Counted from the first letter of the stretch, positions 8,430 to 17,430 are shown. The stretch: DNA of 64,000 bases from a virus (IMGVR_UViG_2706796752_000001:1-64000); one strand, 5' to 3'. Notes: generated from the letters alone by a model not told the origin. Numbers and translations: made by a program.

Positions 8430-8828
8430 TTACGCCATTCCATTGTTATACGCCTCCTTGATAAAGTCGTACAGCTTATTCGTATCTGCTGTTGTTAAAC
8501 AAATACTCTCCGAGTTGTTATCGTCTGCTAACAGGATAGATATCGCGGGTTTACTCCGTACTTTTGTATCACGTACCCATAAGCAGTTATTGTTGTGATT
8601 ACCAAATCTCTTTTCCTCTGTCCCTACTAATGCTGCATGAAGTGCCACTCCTACTTCCATTCCAGTTAATAAAGGTAACTTAACTACTGTGTTTACTTTG
8701 TTTCGTTTATCCTCTATTTTAAATTTAAACCCATTACCTGTTTCTGTAACAGTTAAATAGTCATCTTGATTATCTGCGTAATCGTTGAACATGCATGAAA
8801 ATCTAATTTTCTTTTTAAGTTTAAACAT
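8430..8828 (-). CDS. Hypothetical protein, two-repeat PC4/PUR-like family
   Basis: RBS AGGAGGAG; C-terminal SICLTTADTNKL. Confidence 0.75.
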   Translation of the reverse strand: MFKLKKKIRFSCMFNDYADNQDDYLTVTETGNGFKFKIEDKRNKVNTVVKLPLLTGMEVGVALHAALVGTEEKRFGNHNNNCLWVRDTKVRSKPAISILLADDNNSESICLTTADTNKLYDFIKEAYNNGMA

Positions 8829-8874
8829 ATTACTCTCCTCCTAAAATATGGTTTATAAATTTCGTCTTATCGGT

Positions 8875-9282
8875 TTACGGGTACAGCTTCCCATCACGCA
8901 AAATCTTCTCTATTGTTTTTAATAGGTCCTCTGCATTACGTTGAGATAGATGGGCTGTTCCCATGTTTTCATCTTTTCCTTCTAATAGTACGATGATGTG
9001 TTGTCTATCATCTGTACAGTCTGCTCGTTCTATGTTAATGTATCCTTTTTCTTTCTCGTACTGGAACGCTTTCCAATCTCCTTCTACAACATCCCTAAGT
9101 CCTGTTACTATTTTGTGTATTTCTTTAACTTGGATATTGACTTTAACGTGTTCCGTGCTATCTTTATCTACGTGGACAAGAGATAGTTTGCCTTTCTTTG
9201 TTACACCTACAATTAAGAATTCATCACCATTGTTAAAGTCTGTGTTATGCTCACATGGGTACATCTTACGTGGACCAATCAT
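8875..9282 (-). CDS. Hypothetical protein, two-repeat PC4/PUR-like family
   Basis: Clear paralogue of 9279-9668 (KKGKL, KV.I, .HL motifs). Confidence 0.75.
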   Translation of the reverse strand: MIGPRKMYPCEHNTDFNNGDEFLIVGVTKKGKLSLVHVDKDSTEHVKVNIQVKEIHKIVTGLRDVVEGDWKAFQYEKEKGYINIERADCTDDRQHIIVLLEGKDENMGTAHLSQRNAEDLLKTIEKILRDGKLYP

Positions 9283-9668
9283 AATAACTCTCCTTCCATA
9301 CCGAAGTGTCGGATTTGCTCATAGACTTGTTCGAATTGTACCTTCTCTAGGTGAACCGATTCGAAGTCGTACTCTGATTCGATACCGAAACAGTAATGTG
9401 GCGTTCCTAGACAATTGATGAAATCTACATCAATACGCTTATCATCGTTCACATCTATTACATTGCATCGTCCATGCTCTAGTACATCTTCCATACCACT
9501 AAACAGCTCTTGTGCCTGTTTCTGTGTAATCTTAACTTTCTCTTTGTTGTTATGTTCCTTTTCCCCAATAGCGATAATCAGTTTGCCTTTCTTACTTACT
9601 TTAATTTTAAGAATATCATAGTTGTTAGTTCCTAACGTTGTGTGTGCACATTTCCATTGTTTTGTCAT
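9279..9668 (-). CDS. Hypothetical protein, two-repeat PC4/PUR-like family
   Basis: First gene after promoter 9697-9725; RBS AAGGGAGG. Confidence 0.8.
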   Translation of the reverse strand: MTKQWKCAHTTLGTNNYDILKIKVSKKGKLIIAIGEKEHNNKEKVKITQKQAQELFSGMEDVLEHGRCNVIDVNDDKRIDVDFINCLGTPHYCFGIESEYDFESVHLEKVQFEQVYEQIRHFGMEGELL

Positions 9669-9696
9669 TATTATTACCTCCCTTTAAGTTACTCTT

Positions 9697-9725
9697 AGTA
9701 TACCATTCTAGTTTTATAATTGCAA
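9697..9725 (-). promoter_or_regulatory. sigma-A-type early promoter
   Basis: TTGCAA-17-(TG)TATACT, directly after terminator at about 9737-9765. Confidence 0.8.
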
Positions 9726-9753
9726 CACTTTTCTACAAAAAAAAAAACTCCCG

Positions 9754-10032
9754 TTAGGAAGTTTTATGATTTTGATATAGTTGAATCATGTCGGCTGCAC
9801 TCATCCCTAAGAATTCCCACCACAGCCATAGTGTGGAGCCTAATAGTGCTGGGATGACGATTAATAGAATGCACCATCCAGCCCGACTAATTAGACTACG
9901 TTTCTCGCAAAGCTTCTGTATCGTCGTGTAAAGCCCCTTACAGAGCATGAACGCGCATACTATATACGCTAATCCTTGCGCCCACGTTAGAAAGAATAAC
10001 ATTACGGCATCTACTGTTGATAACTGACTCAC
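9754..10032 (-). CDS. Membrane protein
   Basis: GTG start at 10032 after AGGAGGAG; two hydrophobic segments. Confidence 0.65.
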   Translation of the reverse strand: MSQLSTVDAVMLFFLTWAQGLAYIVCAFMLCKGLYTTIQKLCEKRSLISRAGWCILLIVIPALLGSTLWLWWEFLGMSAADMIQLYQNHKTS

Positions 10033-10223
10033 TTTATATCTCCTCCTAGAATAAATATTAGTATCATTAATACTAGAAACATAGACCAGCACGATATGAT
10101 TAGACCAAAACCTACCGCAGCTATAGCGGATGTCTGGGACAACTTATCACTTTTAAACAAGCATCCCAGAACAACCATCACCACACCTACGATGATTAGT
10201 AGAGTAATAGCTACCGTAATCAA
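10029..10223 (-). CDS. Small membrane protein
   Basis: Two hydrophobic segments. Confidence 0.65.
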   Translation of the reverse strand: MITVAITLLIIVGVVMVVLGCLFKSDKLSQTSAIAAVGFGLIISCWSMFLVLMILIFILGGDIK

Positions 10224-10588
10224 AATATATCCTCTCCGGTCTTACAATCTAGCATCTCTACTTTATGTGCATCTGGTTTCGGTTTGTTGAAGAAGAAAAC
10301 ACGTGTGTCCGTTCTAAAATATACCTCCCCGAATAGATACGTAGACTTAGGAGTTCGTAGGACGTTTCCTAGCTTGTCCATCTTGTATCGTTTTGTATTT
10401 CTGATACGGTAATTCGGCTTACGTACTTCTTTATGAGTTGTTTGCACGTATGGCATTTCCACATACGATTCATCCATATCCATGAAGAACACACTCTCGA
10501 CATTGTGTCGAATCTCGATAGTTCCTCCGCAAGTAGCCATAATAGAGTGAATATTACGTAACTGTCTATTTCTTGAGTGTCTTGGCAC
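10220..10588 (-). CDS. Basic protein, RHxRxxQ family
   Basis: GTG start, MPRHSRNRQL; RBS AGGAGGAG. Confidence 0.8.
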   Translation of the reverse strand: MPRHSRNRQLRNIHSIMATCGGTIEIRHNVESVFFMDMDESYVEMPYVQTTHKEVRKPNYRIRNTKRYKMDKLGNVLRTPKSTYLFGEVYFRTDTRVFFFNKPKPDAHKVEMLDCKTGEDIF

Positions 10589-11030
10589 GTAACATCTCCT
10601 CCTGTCGAACAGCTATGATTCTAACCGCATCGATTACCTCTTGGAACTTTCTAAGTTTGAAGAATGCCACATTGTGAATATCTACTGGGTCTAGTGTCGC
10701 CATACCGAACATACTTTTATCTTCTAGCATCCAAGTTGATACGCCTTCTAGATAATTTGATGAGTAGTACTCTCTAGTAATAGTCATTGTCGATGCACGG
10801 TGAGCGTACTCGTTTAGTTTCTTTTCTAAGTTGTATAGAAGTTTATGAGATTCTGCCACATCTAGTACCGCTGTTTGTTTTCTGTTATTACCTGTTTTAT
10901 CCTCTGTTTCATACTCTCTAATCGTTAACTTAAACTTACCTTTATCTGTTAGTCGTAGGTGCATGGTTGCGAAAATATTCTCACTATCACTATTAAAATC
11001 GAAACTCTTAATCATTTCTTTCTCCCCCAT
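10566..11030 (-). CDS. Hypothetical protein, two-repeat PC4/PUR-like family
   Basis: DKGKFKLTIRE...TAVLDVAESHKL and AFFKLRKFQEV. Confidence 0.7.
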   Translation of the reverse strand: MGEKEMIKSFDFNSDSENIFATMHLRLTDKGKFKLTIREYETEDKTGNNRKQTAVLDVAESHKLLYNLEKKLNEYAHRASTMTITREYYSSNYLEGVSTWMLEDKSMFGMATLDPVDIHNVAFFKLRKFQEVIDAVRIIAVRQEEMLRAKTLKK

Positions 11031-11227
11031 CTAATCGCTAATTTGAATATGAAGAGTTCTTTTCTTTGTTTGTTATACTCGATGTAATGATACCTCTTCA
11101 AATCTATGATTTTAGTATACCACAGTGTTTCTGCTAATGCAAACAGTAATCTATATCTTTTTGTATCGAAGAAGAGACATTTAATAGTCTCTCCCTCGTC
11201 ATCATGGTTATATCTAGTAATATTCAT
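11012..11227 (-). CDS. Hypothetical protein
   Basis: 71 aa, RBS GGAG. Confidence 0.65.
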   Translation of the reverse strand: MNITRYNHDDEGETIKCLFFDTKRYRLLFALAETLWYTKIIDLKRYHYIEYNKQRKELFIFKLAIRWGRKK

Positions 11228-11228
11228 G

Positions 11229-11585
11229 TTATTGCTCCAGATAATGATTAATGAATGATACTAGTAAATCTTTGTCTGCTGGAGTGAATGTTACGCCTAG
11301 TGCTGCTCTTTCTAGTGTTAACATATGCTGTTCAAATGAACGTAGGTTGCACACATCTAGTTCTTCTCTTTCACTGATTTGAGGTAATTTTACATAGTTA
11401 CCGATTGACTTAGTAGTTCTACCTTCTAAGATATCTACTACTCGTTGCAGCTGCTTGTTATTTAGGATTACCGTTAGCTCATCGTCCTCTTCTGGTCCAT
11501 CCACAAACTTAAACTCAATTCCTGTTAGTGCTAGGTCAACCCTCAAGTATGAATCATCGTAATCTACATCGCGAATAATAAACAT
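11229..11585 (-). CDS. Hypothetical protein, two-repeat PC4/PUR-like family
   Basis: TVILNNKQLQRV and GVTFTPADKDLL. Confidence 0.75.
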   Translation of the reverse strand: MFIIRDVDYDDSYLRVDLALTGIEFKFVDGPEEDDELTVILNNKQLQRVVDILEGRTTKSIGNYVKLPQISEREELDVCNLRSFEQHMLTLERAALGVTFTPADKDLLVSFINHYLEQ

Positions 11586-11586
11586 A

Positions 11587-12030
11587 TTAGTTTCCTCCTT
11601 CTAAAAGTTCTGCTAATTCGATTAACTGCATTGTTAAATCCTCTGCCTTATCGACTGTCATAAACATTACCGCGCATGTTGCGTTATTAGGGTTTACACC
11701 TACCCCAATTTCACCACCACTAGCCCAAACAGATAATGACGCTCTACTATTCTTCTTAACAAATCTCTCTTTTACAGAGATAGCGCCACGTACTTGCGTA
11801 TCGTCGTCTAGTTTCTCCCTAAACTTTTCTGTTGTTTTTGTTAACTTATAGATAAACTTTTCTAACTGTTTGTGATTCAACTTAGTGCTCTTTTCATAAG
11901 GATGCATATTACCAATATCCTCGATTACAGAAAACGTTACTCGTTCACTGTTATGATAATACTCGATATTTAGCTTGTCCTTATCCGCGCCATGCACACC
12001 ATTAGAAACAATTGATATTAACTTATCCAT
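11587..12030 (-). CDS. Hypothetical protein, two-repeat PC4/PUR-like family
   Basis: STKLNHKQLEKF and MFMTVDKAEDL. Confidence 0.75.
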   Translation of the reverse strand: MDKLISIVSNGVHGADKDKLNIEYYHNSERVTFSVIEDIGNMHPYEKSTKLNHKQLEKFIYKLTKTTEKFREKLDDDTQVRGAISVKERFVKKNSRASLSVWASGGEIGVGVNPNNATCAVMFMTVDKAEDLTMQLIELAELLEGGN

Positions 12031-12041
12031 TATAAATCCTC

Positions 12042-12479
12042 CTATTGTCTGTATCTTCTTTTTAATAATTCATCTGCTTTCGTATCGATTGCGTTAACTG
12101 CGGCTTGTGCATCTTTTCTCGTAATCGATAACGTCACTATTTTAGCTACACTGTCAACGTCCTCAACTACACTTACCATGATTGTATCTCCTGTCATCGA
12201 TACGTGTGTCTTAAACTTAACTTGGCTACCATTATACGAATTTATGAAATCGAATGTATTTCTATTCATAATATCTTCGCTAACTTTGCCGAATGAAATA
12301 TGCTCTAGTAGTCTTACAAATCTAGTTGTATATTCATTAGTAAATTTGAATTTAAATGTAATTTTATCATCATGTACACTCTGTTCTCGACCGATAACTG
12401 TTAATTTTATATTACCTTTTTTAGTTAACTTACCTTCGATGAACTCGTCTTCTAATGTCGTATCTATAATTTTAAACAT
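12042..12479 (-). CDS. Hypothetical protein, two-repeat PC4/PUR-like family
   Basis: KKGNIKLTV...KFTNEYTTRF and LSITRKDAQAA. Confidence 0.75.
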   Translation of the reverse strand: MFKIIDTTLEDEFIEGKLTKKGNIKLTVIGREQSVHDDKITFKFKFTNEYTTRFVRLLEHISFGKVSEDIMNRNTFDFINSYNGSQVKFKTHVSMTGDTIMVSVVEDVDSVAKIVTLSITRKDAQAAVNAIDTKADELLKRRYRQ

Positions 12480-12873
12480 GAAGTGTATCCTCCTCCAGAG
12501 AAATCAACTTGTCATCAATCTCTTTGACAATACTCTCGATATGATGGTGCTGAACCGTGAGAACTTCCCAATCACCCTGTCTACTACCATCCATAGTACC
12601 TACTACGAATCCAAGGTCTACATACGAAATCTCAACTTCTAAGAACTTGGTTTTCTTTTCTATAATAATAGACGTACCATCTTCGATATCGCTCTCATCC
12701 GCGTTTAGAAAGGCAGTAAGCTTGTCCGATAGCTTTTTAAGTTTCTTATATCCTAGTTTAATAGAATACTGCCCGTCCGTATTATTATCACTAACCTTAA
12801 ACTTAAGCCTATCTCCTGCATCTGTAATTGTTAACGTACCTTCATTGTTTTCGTTATCTACGATTTGTAACAT
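12472..12873 (-). CDS. Hypothetical protein, two-repeat PC4/PUR-like family
   Basis: First gene after promoter 12896-12924; SIKLGYKKLKKL and LTVQHHHIESI. Confidence 0.75.
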   Translation of the reverse strand: MLQIVDNENNEGTLTITDAGDRLKFKVSDNNTDGQYSIKLGYKKLKKLSDKLTAFLNADESDIEDGTSIIIEKKTKFLEVEISYVDLGFVVGTMDGSRQGDWEVLTVQHHHIESIVKEIDDKLISLEEDTLHV

Positions 12874-12895
12874 ATTATCTCCTCCTTATAGTTAT

Positions 12896-12924
12896 ATATT
12901 ACACTACTTATCTTTAATTGTCAA
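12896..12924 (-). promoter_or_regulatory. sigma-A-type early promoter
   Basis: TTGACA-17-TAATAT. Confidence 0.8.
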
Positions 12925-13270
12925 TGGCTATTTTCCATTTCATACCGATAAATTCACCAACAAGTTTAACTGTCTTTTGGCTCTCTTCCCATGTGAACGC
13001 GTATCTATCATCGCACACGATGTTCTGGTATCCAGCGTACTCGCAAACTAGTACATCATCTTCCTCAGCAATCTTGATAGCGTCGAAGAACTCTAGGAAA
13101 GGTCTCTCTAGTAATCTCACTTTACTTAGTTCAAATAACCCTTCTTCTTTAGTATGCGGAAACCTAATTGATACATGGCCTCTATACGCGTTACCGGTAG
13201 CCACTCCAATAGTACCTTCGTATTTCATACCCGAATCAATAAGGAATACTCTGTCGTGCTCTCTAATCAT
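12914..13270 (-). CDS. Hypothetical protein (SH3-like N-terminus)
   Basis: 118 aa, RBS GGAGG. Confidence 0.7.
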   Translation of the reverse strand: MIREHDRVFLIDSGMKYEGTIGVATGNAYRGHVSIRFPHTKEEGLFELSKVRLLERPFLEFFDAIKIAEEDDVLVCEYAGYQNIVCDDRYAFTWEESQKTVKLVGEFIGMKWKIAIDN

Positions 13271-13461
13271 CGTCCTAACCTCCGTACCTTTATTATAATG
13301 TTATGCATGTACTCTACTTCTAACATCTCAACTACATAAGGCTGCTTCTGGAGTTGTACTACACAACCTTGGTAAAGTGTTCCGAATGACATTAGCTCCT
13401 CGTGAAAATAGTAACCTACTAATCCGTTCTTATCGACAACTTTAATCTTTTCTCTAGACAT
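13267..13461 (-). CDS. Hypothetical protein
   Basis: 64 aa, RBS AAGGAG. Confidence 0.65.
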   Translation of the reverse strand: MSREKIKVVDKNGLVGYYFHEELMSFGTLYQGCVVQLQKQPYVVEMLEVEYMHNIIIKVRRLGR

Positions 13462-13678
13462 AGATAAACTCCTTCTTTGCTTGTTCTTTTGTCAACACTT
13501 TAAATTCATCATTGTTCTTAGGGAAGCAGAACAGCCTGTCCCATATCAACTCCTTCATGTAATCCATACGACCAGAACCATAAGGTCTCCCGTTTAGTAC
13601 TAGTACGTAATACTCATCATCCACAGGTGATGTTAATTTTGGCTCCATTCGTTTCGGTCTTTCCTTTGTCGCTAACAT
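13454..13678 (-). CDS. Hypothetical protein
   Basis: 74 aa, RBS GGAGTG. Confidence 0.65.
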   Translation of the reverse strand: MLATKERPKRMEPKLTSPVDDEYYVLVLNGRPYGSGRMDYMKELIWDRLFCFPKNNDEFKVLTKEQAKKEFIYV

Positions 13679-13895
13679 CTGTTATCACTCCATCCTTATC
13701 TATTGTGAATCTACCGCAAACATACTTTCTAGCATTCTGTTTTCTAACTAAAACTAGATTACCTTCCATAAAGTACGGGTCCGAAGTTTGTCCGTTTAGG
13801 AATCTTTTATGACACCAATCCACATCTGATGCTGTTCCTCCGTACTTCCTTACTGTAACACCGTTGTTATAAAATGTCAAGGAATGTTTTGCCAT
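13617..13895 (-). CDS. Hypothetical protein
   Basis: 92 aa, RBS AAGGTGG; 62-nt overlap with downstream gene. Confidence 0.6.
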   Translation of the reverse strand: MAKHSLTFYNNGVTVRKYGGTASDVDWCHKRFLNGQTSDPYFMEGNLVLVRKQNARKYVCGRFTIDKDGVITDVSDKGKTETNGAKINITCG

Positions 13896-14176
13896 TAATA
13901 ATCCACCTTTTCTATTGTTCTAGGTCTATGTTCCGTCCAACCTCCATTAGGAGTCCACGTCTCTTTCGTTTCCGAGTCAAACACCATAATGTTATAGTCT
14001 TGTAAGAATAAATCGAAATCTTGCAATGTCTCCATATCTGGTTCTTTTAGCAGTCGTTCCACATCTATCCAATGTTCAGACGTAAACACAATGTCACTTA
14101 AGTCTCCTTTTGGGTAGTACTCTACCGTGTGGAACACCCAGTATCTGTTAAATAAATCAATCTCTAAAAATTCCAT
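13895..14176 (-). CDS. Hypothetical acidic protein
   Basis: First gene after promoter 14201-14229; RBS AAGGAGGAG. Confidence 0.75.
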   Translation of the reverse strand: MEFLEIDLFNRYWVFHTVEYYPKGDLSDIVFTSEHWIDVERLLKEPDMETLQDFDLFLQDYNIMVFDSETKETWTPNGGWTEHRPRTIEKVDY

Positions 14177-14200
14177 GTTGTATCTCCTCCTTATGATTAA

Positions 14201-14229
14201 ATAATAGCATAATATTCCATAGATTACAA
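14201..14229 (-). promoter_or_regulatory. sigma-A-type early promoter
   Basis: TTGTAA-17-(TG)TATTAT. Confidence 0.75.
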
Positions 14230-14252
14230 GAGAAAATAAAAAAACTTAGAAA

Positions 14253-14501
14253 TTAATCTAAGTTTCTCTTTAATAAAAATTCGCACCCTAGTGTTTTATA
14301 TGTGTATCGTCTTTCCCATTCCTCTAGTCTGAACCACTTAATTTCTGTTATCTTGTCTCCACATCTAGGACAATGTGATTCTATAGAGAATAGTACTTCT
14401 ACTTCATCCTTCACATAACCTCTAGATACTCCTAAAGGCGTTGGCTTCCACGGTAACACTTCCCCTCGTTTATGACCGAACCACTTACACCATTTATTCA
14501 T
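14253..14501 (-). CDS. Small zinc-finger protein (DUF1660-like)
   Basis: WCKWFGHK...HCPRCG. Confidence 0.7.
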   Translation of the reverse strand: MNKWCKWFGHKRGEVLPWKPTPLGVSRGYVKDEVEVLFSIESHCPRCGDKITEIKWFRLEEWERRYTYKTLGCEFLLKRNLD

Positions 14502-14668
14502 CGTATCATCCCCATATTTATTAGTAGACTAATAACGTTCGTAGCTGCTAAAGCTAGCATCATAATCTTAGATGTAGTTTCTAAGTAATCGTATTCTGCC
14601 CATAGTACGAACAAGCAAGCAATAATCGCTAGAATATTAAGTCCGCAAACTATACCTACAGCACTCAT
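14498..14668 (-). CDS. Small membrane protein, not in ORF track
   Basis: MSAVGIVCGLNILAIIACLFVLW..., RBS GAGGAGG, ATGA overlaps. Confidence 0.6.
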   Translation of the reverse strand: MSAVGIVCGLNILAIIACLFVLWAEYDYLETTSKIMMLALAATNVISLLINMGMIR

Positions 14669-15141
14669 TTTACATCCTCCTCAAACATGATGGTTTCATC
14701 TAGTCGAATCACAAATGATTTAGTGAACTCGTAGTTGAAGAATTTTAGTGTCTTGTTATCATCCTCTAATAACTGTTCAATGCTAGACTCATACTCATGA
14801 TACATAGATAGCGTATCTCCGTTCTTCATATGAATTAACACATATTTAGATTTGTGTTTACGAGCCTCCTTTTTGCTTAGAAGCTCTACAGTAATTCTAT
14901 CATGGTCCGTGTCGTAATCCATAGGATATCTTGAATCCCATTCTCGCGAATTCTTCTCTCCTAGTGTCTTAGAATCGAAGAAGAACGATTTAACTTTTGG
15001 TTCTCCTTCCTTCTTGATAGGGTTATCCACATGAACTACTATGACATCGTCGTCAATGTTAACAACTTTACCATCTACATAAGTTGCTCCAGTGTATCTT
15101 TTATAGAACCTAATTACCGCTTTATCGTGAACCTTAAACAT
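14665..15141 (-). CDS. Hypothetical protein
   Basis: 158 aa, RBS GGAG. Confidence 0.7.
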   Translation of the reverse strand: MFKVHDKAVIRFYKRYTGATYVDGKVVNIDDDVIVVHVDNPIKKEGEPKVKSFFFDSKTLGEKNSREWDSRYPMDYDTDHDRITVELLSKKEARKHKSKYVLIHMKNGDTLSMYHEYESSIEQLLEDDNKTLKFFNYEFTKSFVIRLDETIMFEEDVK

Positions 15142-15325
15142 TATCTCCAGCTCCTTTTGGTAGAATTACATATTGTTCCCAAAATAGGTATAGGTGATAC
15201 GCTAGTAGACCGAACATCGCCAATCTGTACTGATACGGCGTGTCTATAAAACTAAACGTACAATATAGAACAGTTACTAAAATCATTCCCACCTTCATTT
15301 TCATTGCTGTGTTATACTCAATCAT
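15134..15325 (-). CDS. Small membrane protein
   Basis: 63 aa hydrophobic. Confidence 0.6.
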   Translation of the reverse strand: MIEYNTAMKMKVGMILVTVLYCTFSFIDTPYQYRLAMFGLLAYHLYLFWEQYVILPKGAGDNV

Positions 15326-15480
15326 GGTCTCACCTTCTTGTTTGATTTTACTAGAATGCCAATGTTCTTAAATACAAATACATTTTCTTCAATCGTAGGT
15401 GTTCGCAACATAATGCTGTTGATTGTTCCTTGCTTAATTGTACATTTACCTAGTTGTCTATATCGTGCATGTCTTGTCAT
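15322..15480 (-). CDS. 52-aa basic protein, RHxRxxQ family (not in ORF track)
   Basis: MTRHARYRQLGKCTIKQG...KKVRP; RBS AAGGGTGG; ATGA overlap downstream. Confidence 0.7.
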   Translation of the reverse strand: MTRHARYRQLGKCTIKQGTINSIMLRTPTIEENVFVFKNIGILVKSNKKVRP

Positions 15481-15637
15481 TAGTATTCCACCCTTCTAAC
15501 TTCATATGGTAAAAATGCGCTTATAACTCCCGATGCAAGGAGTGCTATAAGATACGTCCAACTGAACCCTTCCGTTACCATTAGGAATATTGATATAGTT
15601 CCTACTGCGTCCGATATCGTATATAGTAGTCTACCCA

Positions 15638-16225
15638 TTAATGTTTCACCCCTTTCGCCTGTGCAAATGCTTCTTCCATTTCATTTAGTACACGAGGCTC
15701 ATATTGTCGTTCACTTTGAATCTTTTCAATGTTACGTAGCTGGGCTAATAAATCTCTCATATCTTTAGCAATATCATTATTCTTGTATTTAGCCATTAAT
15801 AGTTTAATAGGTTTCGTTGCTTCAATCAGTTCCTTAGCTACACGACGACGCTCTGCTGCTCGTCCTAGCTCGTCCCATTTAGCTGCTTTCTCTTCTACTG
15901 TCTTCCCTTTACGTAAGAACTCCGCATCATGGAACATATCTTGACGGATTCCATCTAAATGTTTAACGTCATCGATTGCGCAATTGTGAGCCTTAGGATA
16001 CTTATTGAAGATGTTCATTGCACCTGTCATATCTTTAATGATTGCCGATACTCCGTAGTCTGCAAATTCTCCACCCTTAGCTCGCTGCTCATCGCGATAT
16101 TTATTCTTTTCTACTTTTTCGTTAACTTGGTGGTAAGCCTCAGCTAACTTCTCTTTATTCTCTTTTGTCATTCTCCCGCCATCTAATACATCCTTTAGTA
16201 AATCTCTAACTTGTTCTAAGTTCAT
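15638..16225 (-). CDS. Hypothetical helical protein
   Basis: 195 aa, RBS GGAGGT. Confidence 0.8.
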   Translation of the reverse strand: MNLEQVRDLLKDVLDGGRMTKENKEKLAEAYHQVNEKVEKNKYRDEQRAKGGEFADYGVSAIIKDMTGAMNIFNKYPKAHNCAIDDVKHLDGIRQDMFHDAEFLRKGKTVEEKAAKWDELGRAAERRRVAKELIEATKPIKLLMAKYKNNDIAKDMRDLLAQLRNIEKIQSERQYEPRVLNEMEEAFAQAKGVKH

Positions 16226-16313
16226 GTTAACTACCTCCGAGTTTTTTATTGTTTATAATGGTCTGTGAAACTATATTGTCTTACTCATCTCATCACCACC
16301 TTCTATAATTTAT

Positions 16314-16342
16314 ATATTATCATAGATTGCTATTCTTGTAAA
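16314..16342 (-). promoter_or_regulatory. sigma-A-type promoter
   Basis: TTTACA-17-(TG)TAATAT. Confidence 0.65.
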
Positions 16343-16644
16343 GGCTTTTCTAAGGATAATCCCATTTCTTTTATTTCTTCTTTGGCTTGTCTAATTTCAT
16401 GGACCAGCATGTCCAGAGTTAGAATTGTATCTTTATCCTCTTTACCTACTTTATCGATTAAGTATAAACAAGCCTTTTCTAGGTTAGCATGATACCCTGT
16501 CGCGCTATACTTTTCGATTTTGCTACGTTCTTCAAAAGCTGCATCCGTCTCATCTTTCTTTTGTACCGGAACAACTTTCTCATTGATAATGATGTTGTGC
16601 GTATCCGATGTAAGTTTATATTTATCTCCGATTTTGATGTCCAA
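16330..16644 (-). CDS. Conserved phage hypothetical protein
   Basis: IKIGDKYKLTSDTHNIIINEK...GYHANLEKA pattern common in phages. Confidence 0.75.
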   Translation of the reverse strand: MDIKIGDKYKLTSDTHNIIINEKVVPVQKKDETDAAFEERSKIEKYSATGYHANLEKACLYLIDKVGKEDKDTILTLDMLVHEIRQAKEEIKEMGLSLEKPLQE

Positions 16645-16727
16645 TTACTTGTCCTCCTCATCTTGTGACGCTGCCCAGAGCCCTAAAAGCTCTAGGACAG
16701 CCCCTACCAATTCTAAGAAAGTACCCA

Positions 16728-16925
16728 TTACAGTACGTCCTCACCATCTAGTGTTACTGATAGCCCATCACTAGCTAAGAAATCTGCTAGAATCTCCATG
16801 TCTCCACTAGCGACAACCATGTCCCACGCGTCACCCTCATATCCGAACTCGTAAACTAAATCTTCAACTACGCTATCAAATCTACTTCCTTCTACATGTC
16901 CGAAATTAACGTCAATATATGCCAT
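16728..16925 (-). CDS. Small acidic protein
   Basis: Start reassigned to MAYID after RBS AAGGTGG. Confidence 0.65.
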   Translation of the reverse strand: MAYIDVNFGHVEGSRFDSVVEDLVYEFGYEGDAWDMVVASGDMEILADFLASDGLSVTLDGEDVL

Positions 16926-16929
16926 GTTA

Positions 16930-17430
16930 TCAATCCACCTTTTTATAAATTGCAAACTCGTATTTTATTCCATTATGCTCATGAACTTCTCTAGTCTCTC
17001 CTTTGTTGAAGAAGCGCTTGTACACTTTTGTATCAAATGGAGGGTAGAACGTATCCGCTCCGAACAGCGCATCGATTTCTGTCACATAATGTCTGTTCAC
17101 CATAGGAGCAAACTGTCTATAAATCTCTCCTCCACCGATAACCATAATCTCTTTTTCATCTTTAAAGTAGTTCAACATCTCATGGATGTTATGGAACACA
17201 ATCACATCTTTATCTAGTGGTACAAAAGCTTTATTCCTAGTTAATACCACGTTGACACGCTTTTCTAGGAACTTACCAATTGATAGATGAGTCTTAGAAC
17301 CCATCACAACTACCTTACCTATCGTTTGCTTTCTGAACCACGCTAGGTCTTTCGGTAGGTGGATTAGTAGTTTATTATCTAATCCGATACCACCATTTCT
17401 GTCTCGTGCCACGATGCTGCTAATAATCAA
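16930..17430 (-). CDS. folA: Dihydrofolate reductase
   Basis: IVARDRNGGIG, LPKDLAWFRK, VVMGSKT, VIGGGEIY, ADTFYP motifs. Confidence 0.97.
   Translation of the reverse strand: MIISSIVARDRNGGIGLDNKLLIHLPKDLAWFRKQTIGKVVVMGSKTHLSIGKFLEKRVNVVLTRNKAFVPLDKDVIVFHNIHEMLNYFKDEKEIMVIGGGEIYRQFAPMVNRHYVTEIDALFGADTFYPPFDTKVYKRFFNKGETREVHEHNGIKYEFAIYKKVD

Noticed and set aside
12914-13270. Tad2/DUF2829 anti-Thoeris sponge
   Set aside because: Only a vague F.DAI...WKI resemblance; the hallmark R.GWNG and D.LA.DW motifs are absent. An HMM search is needed.
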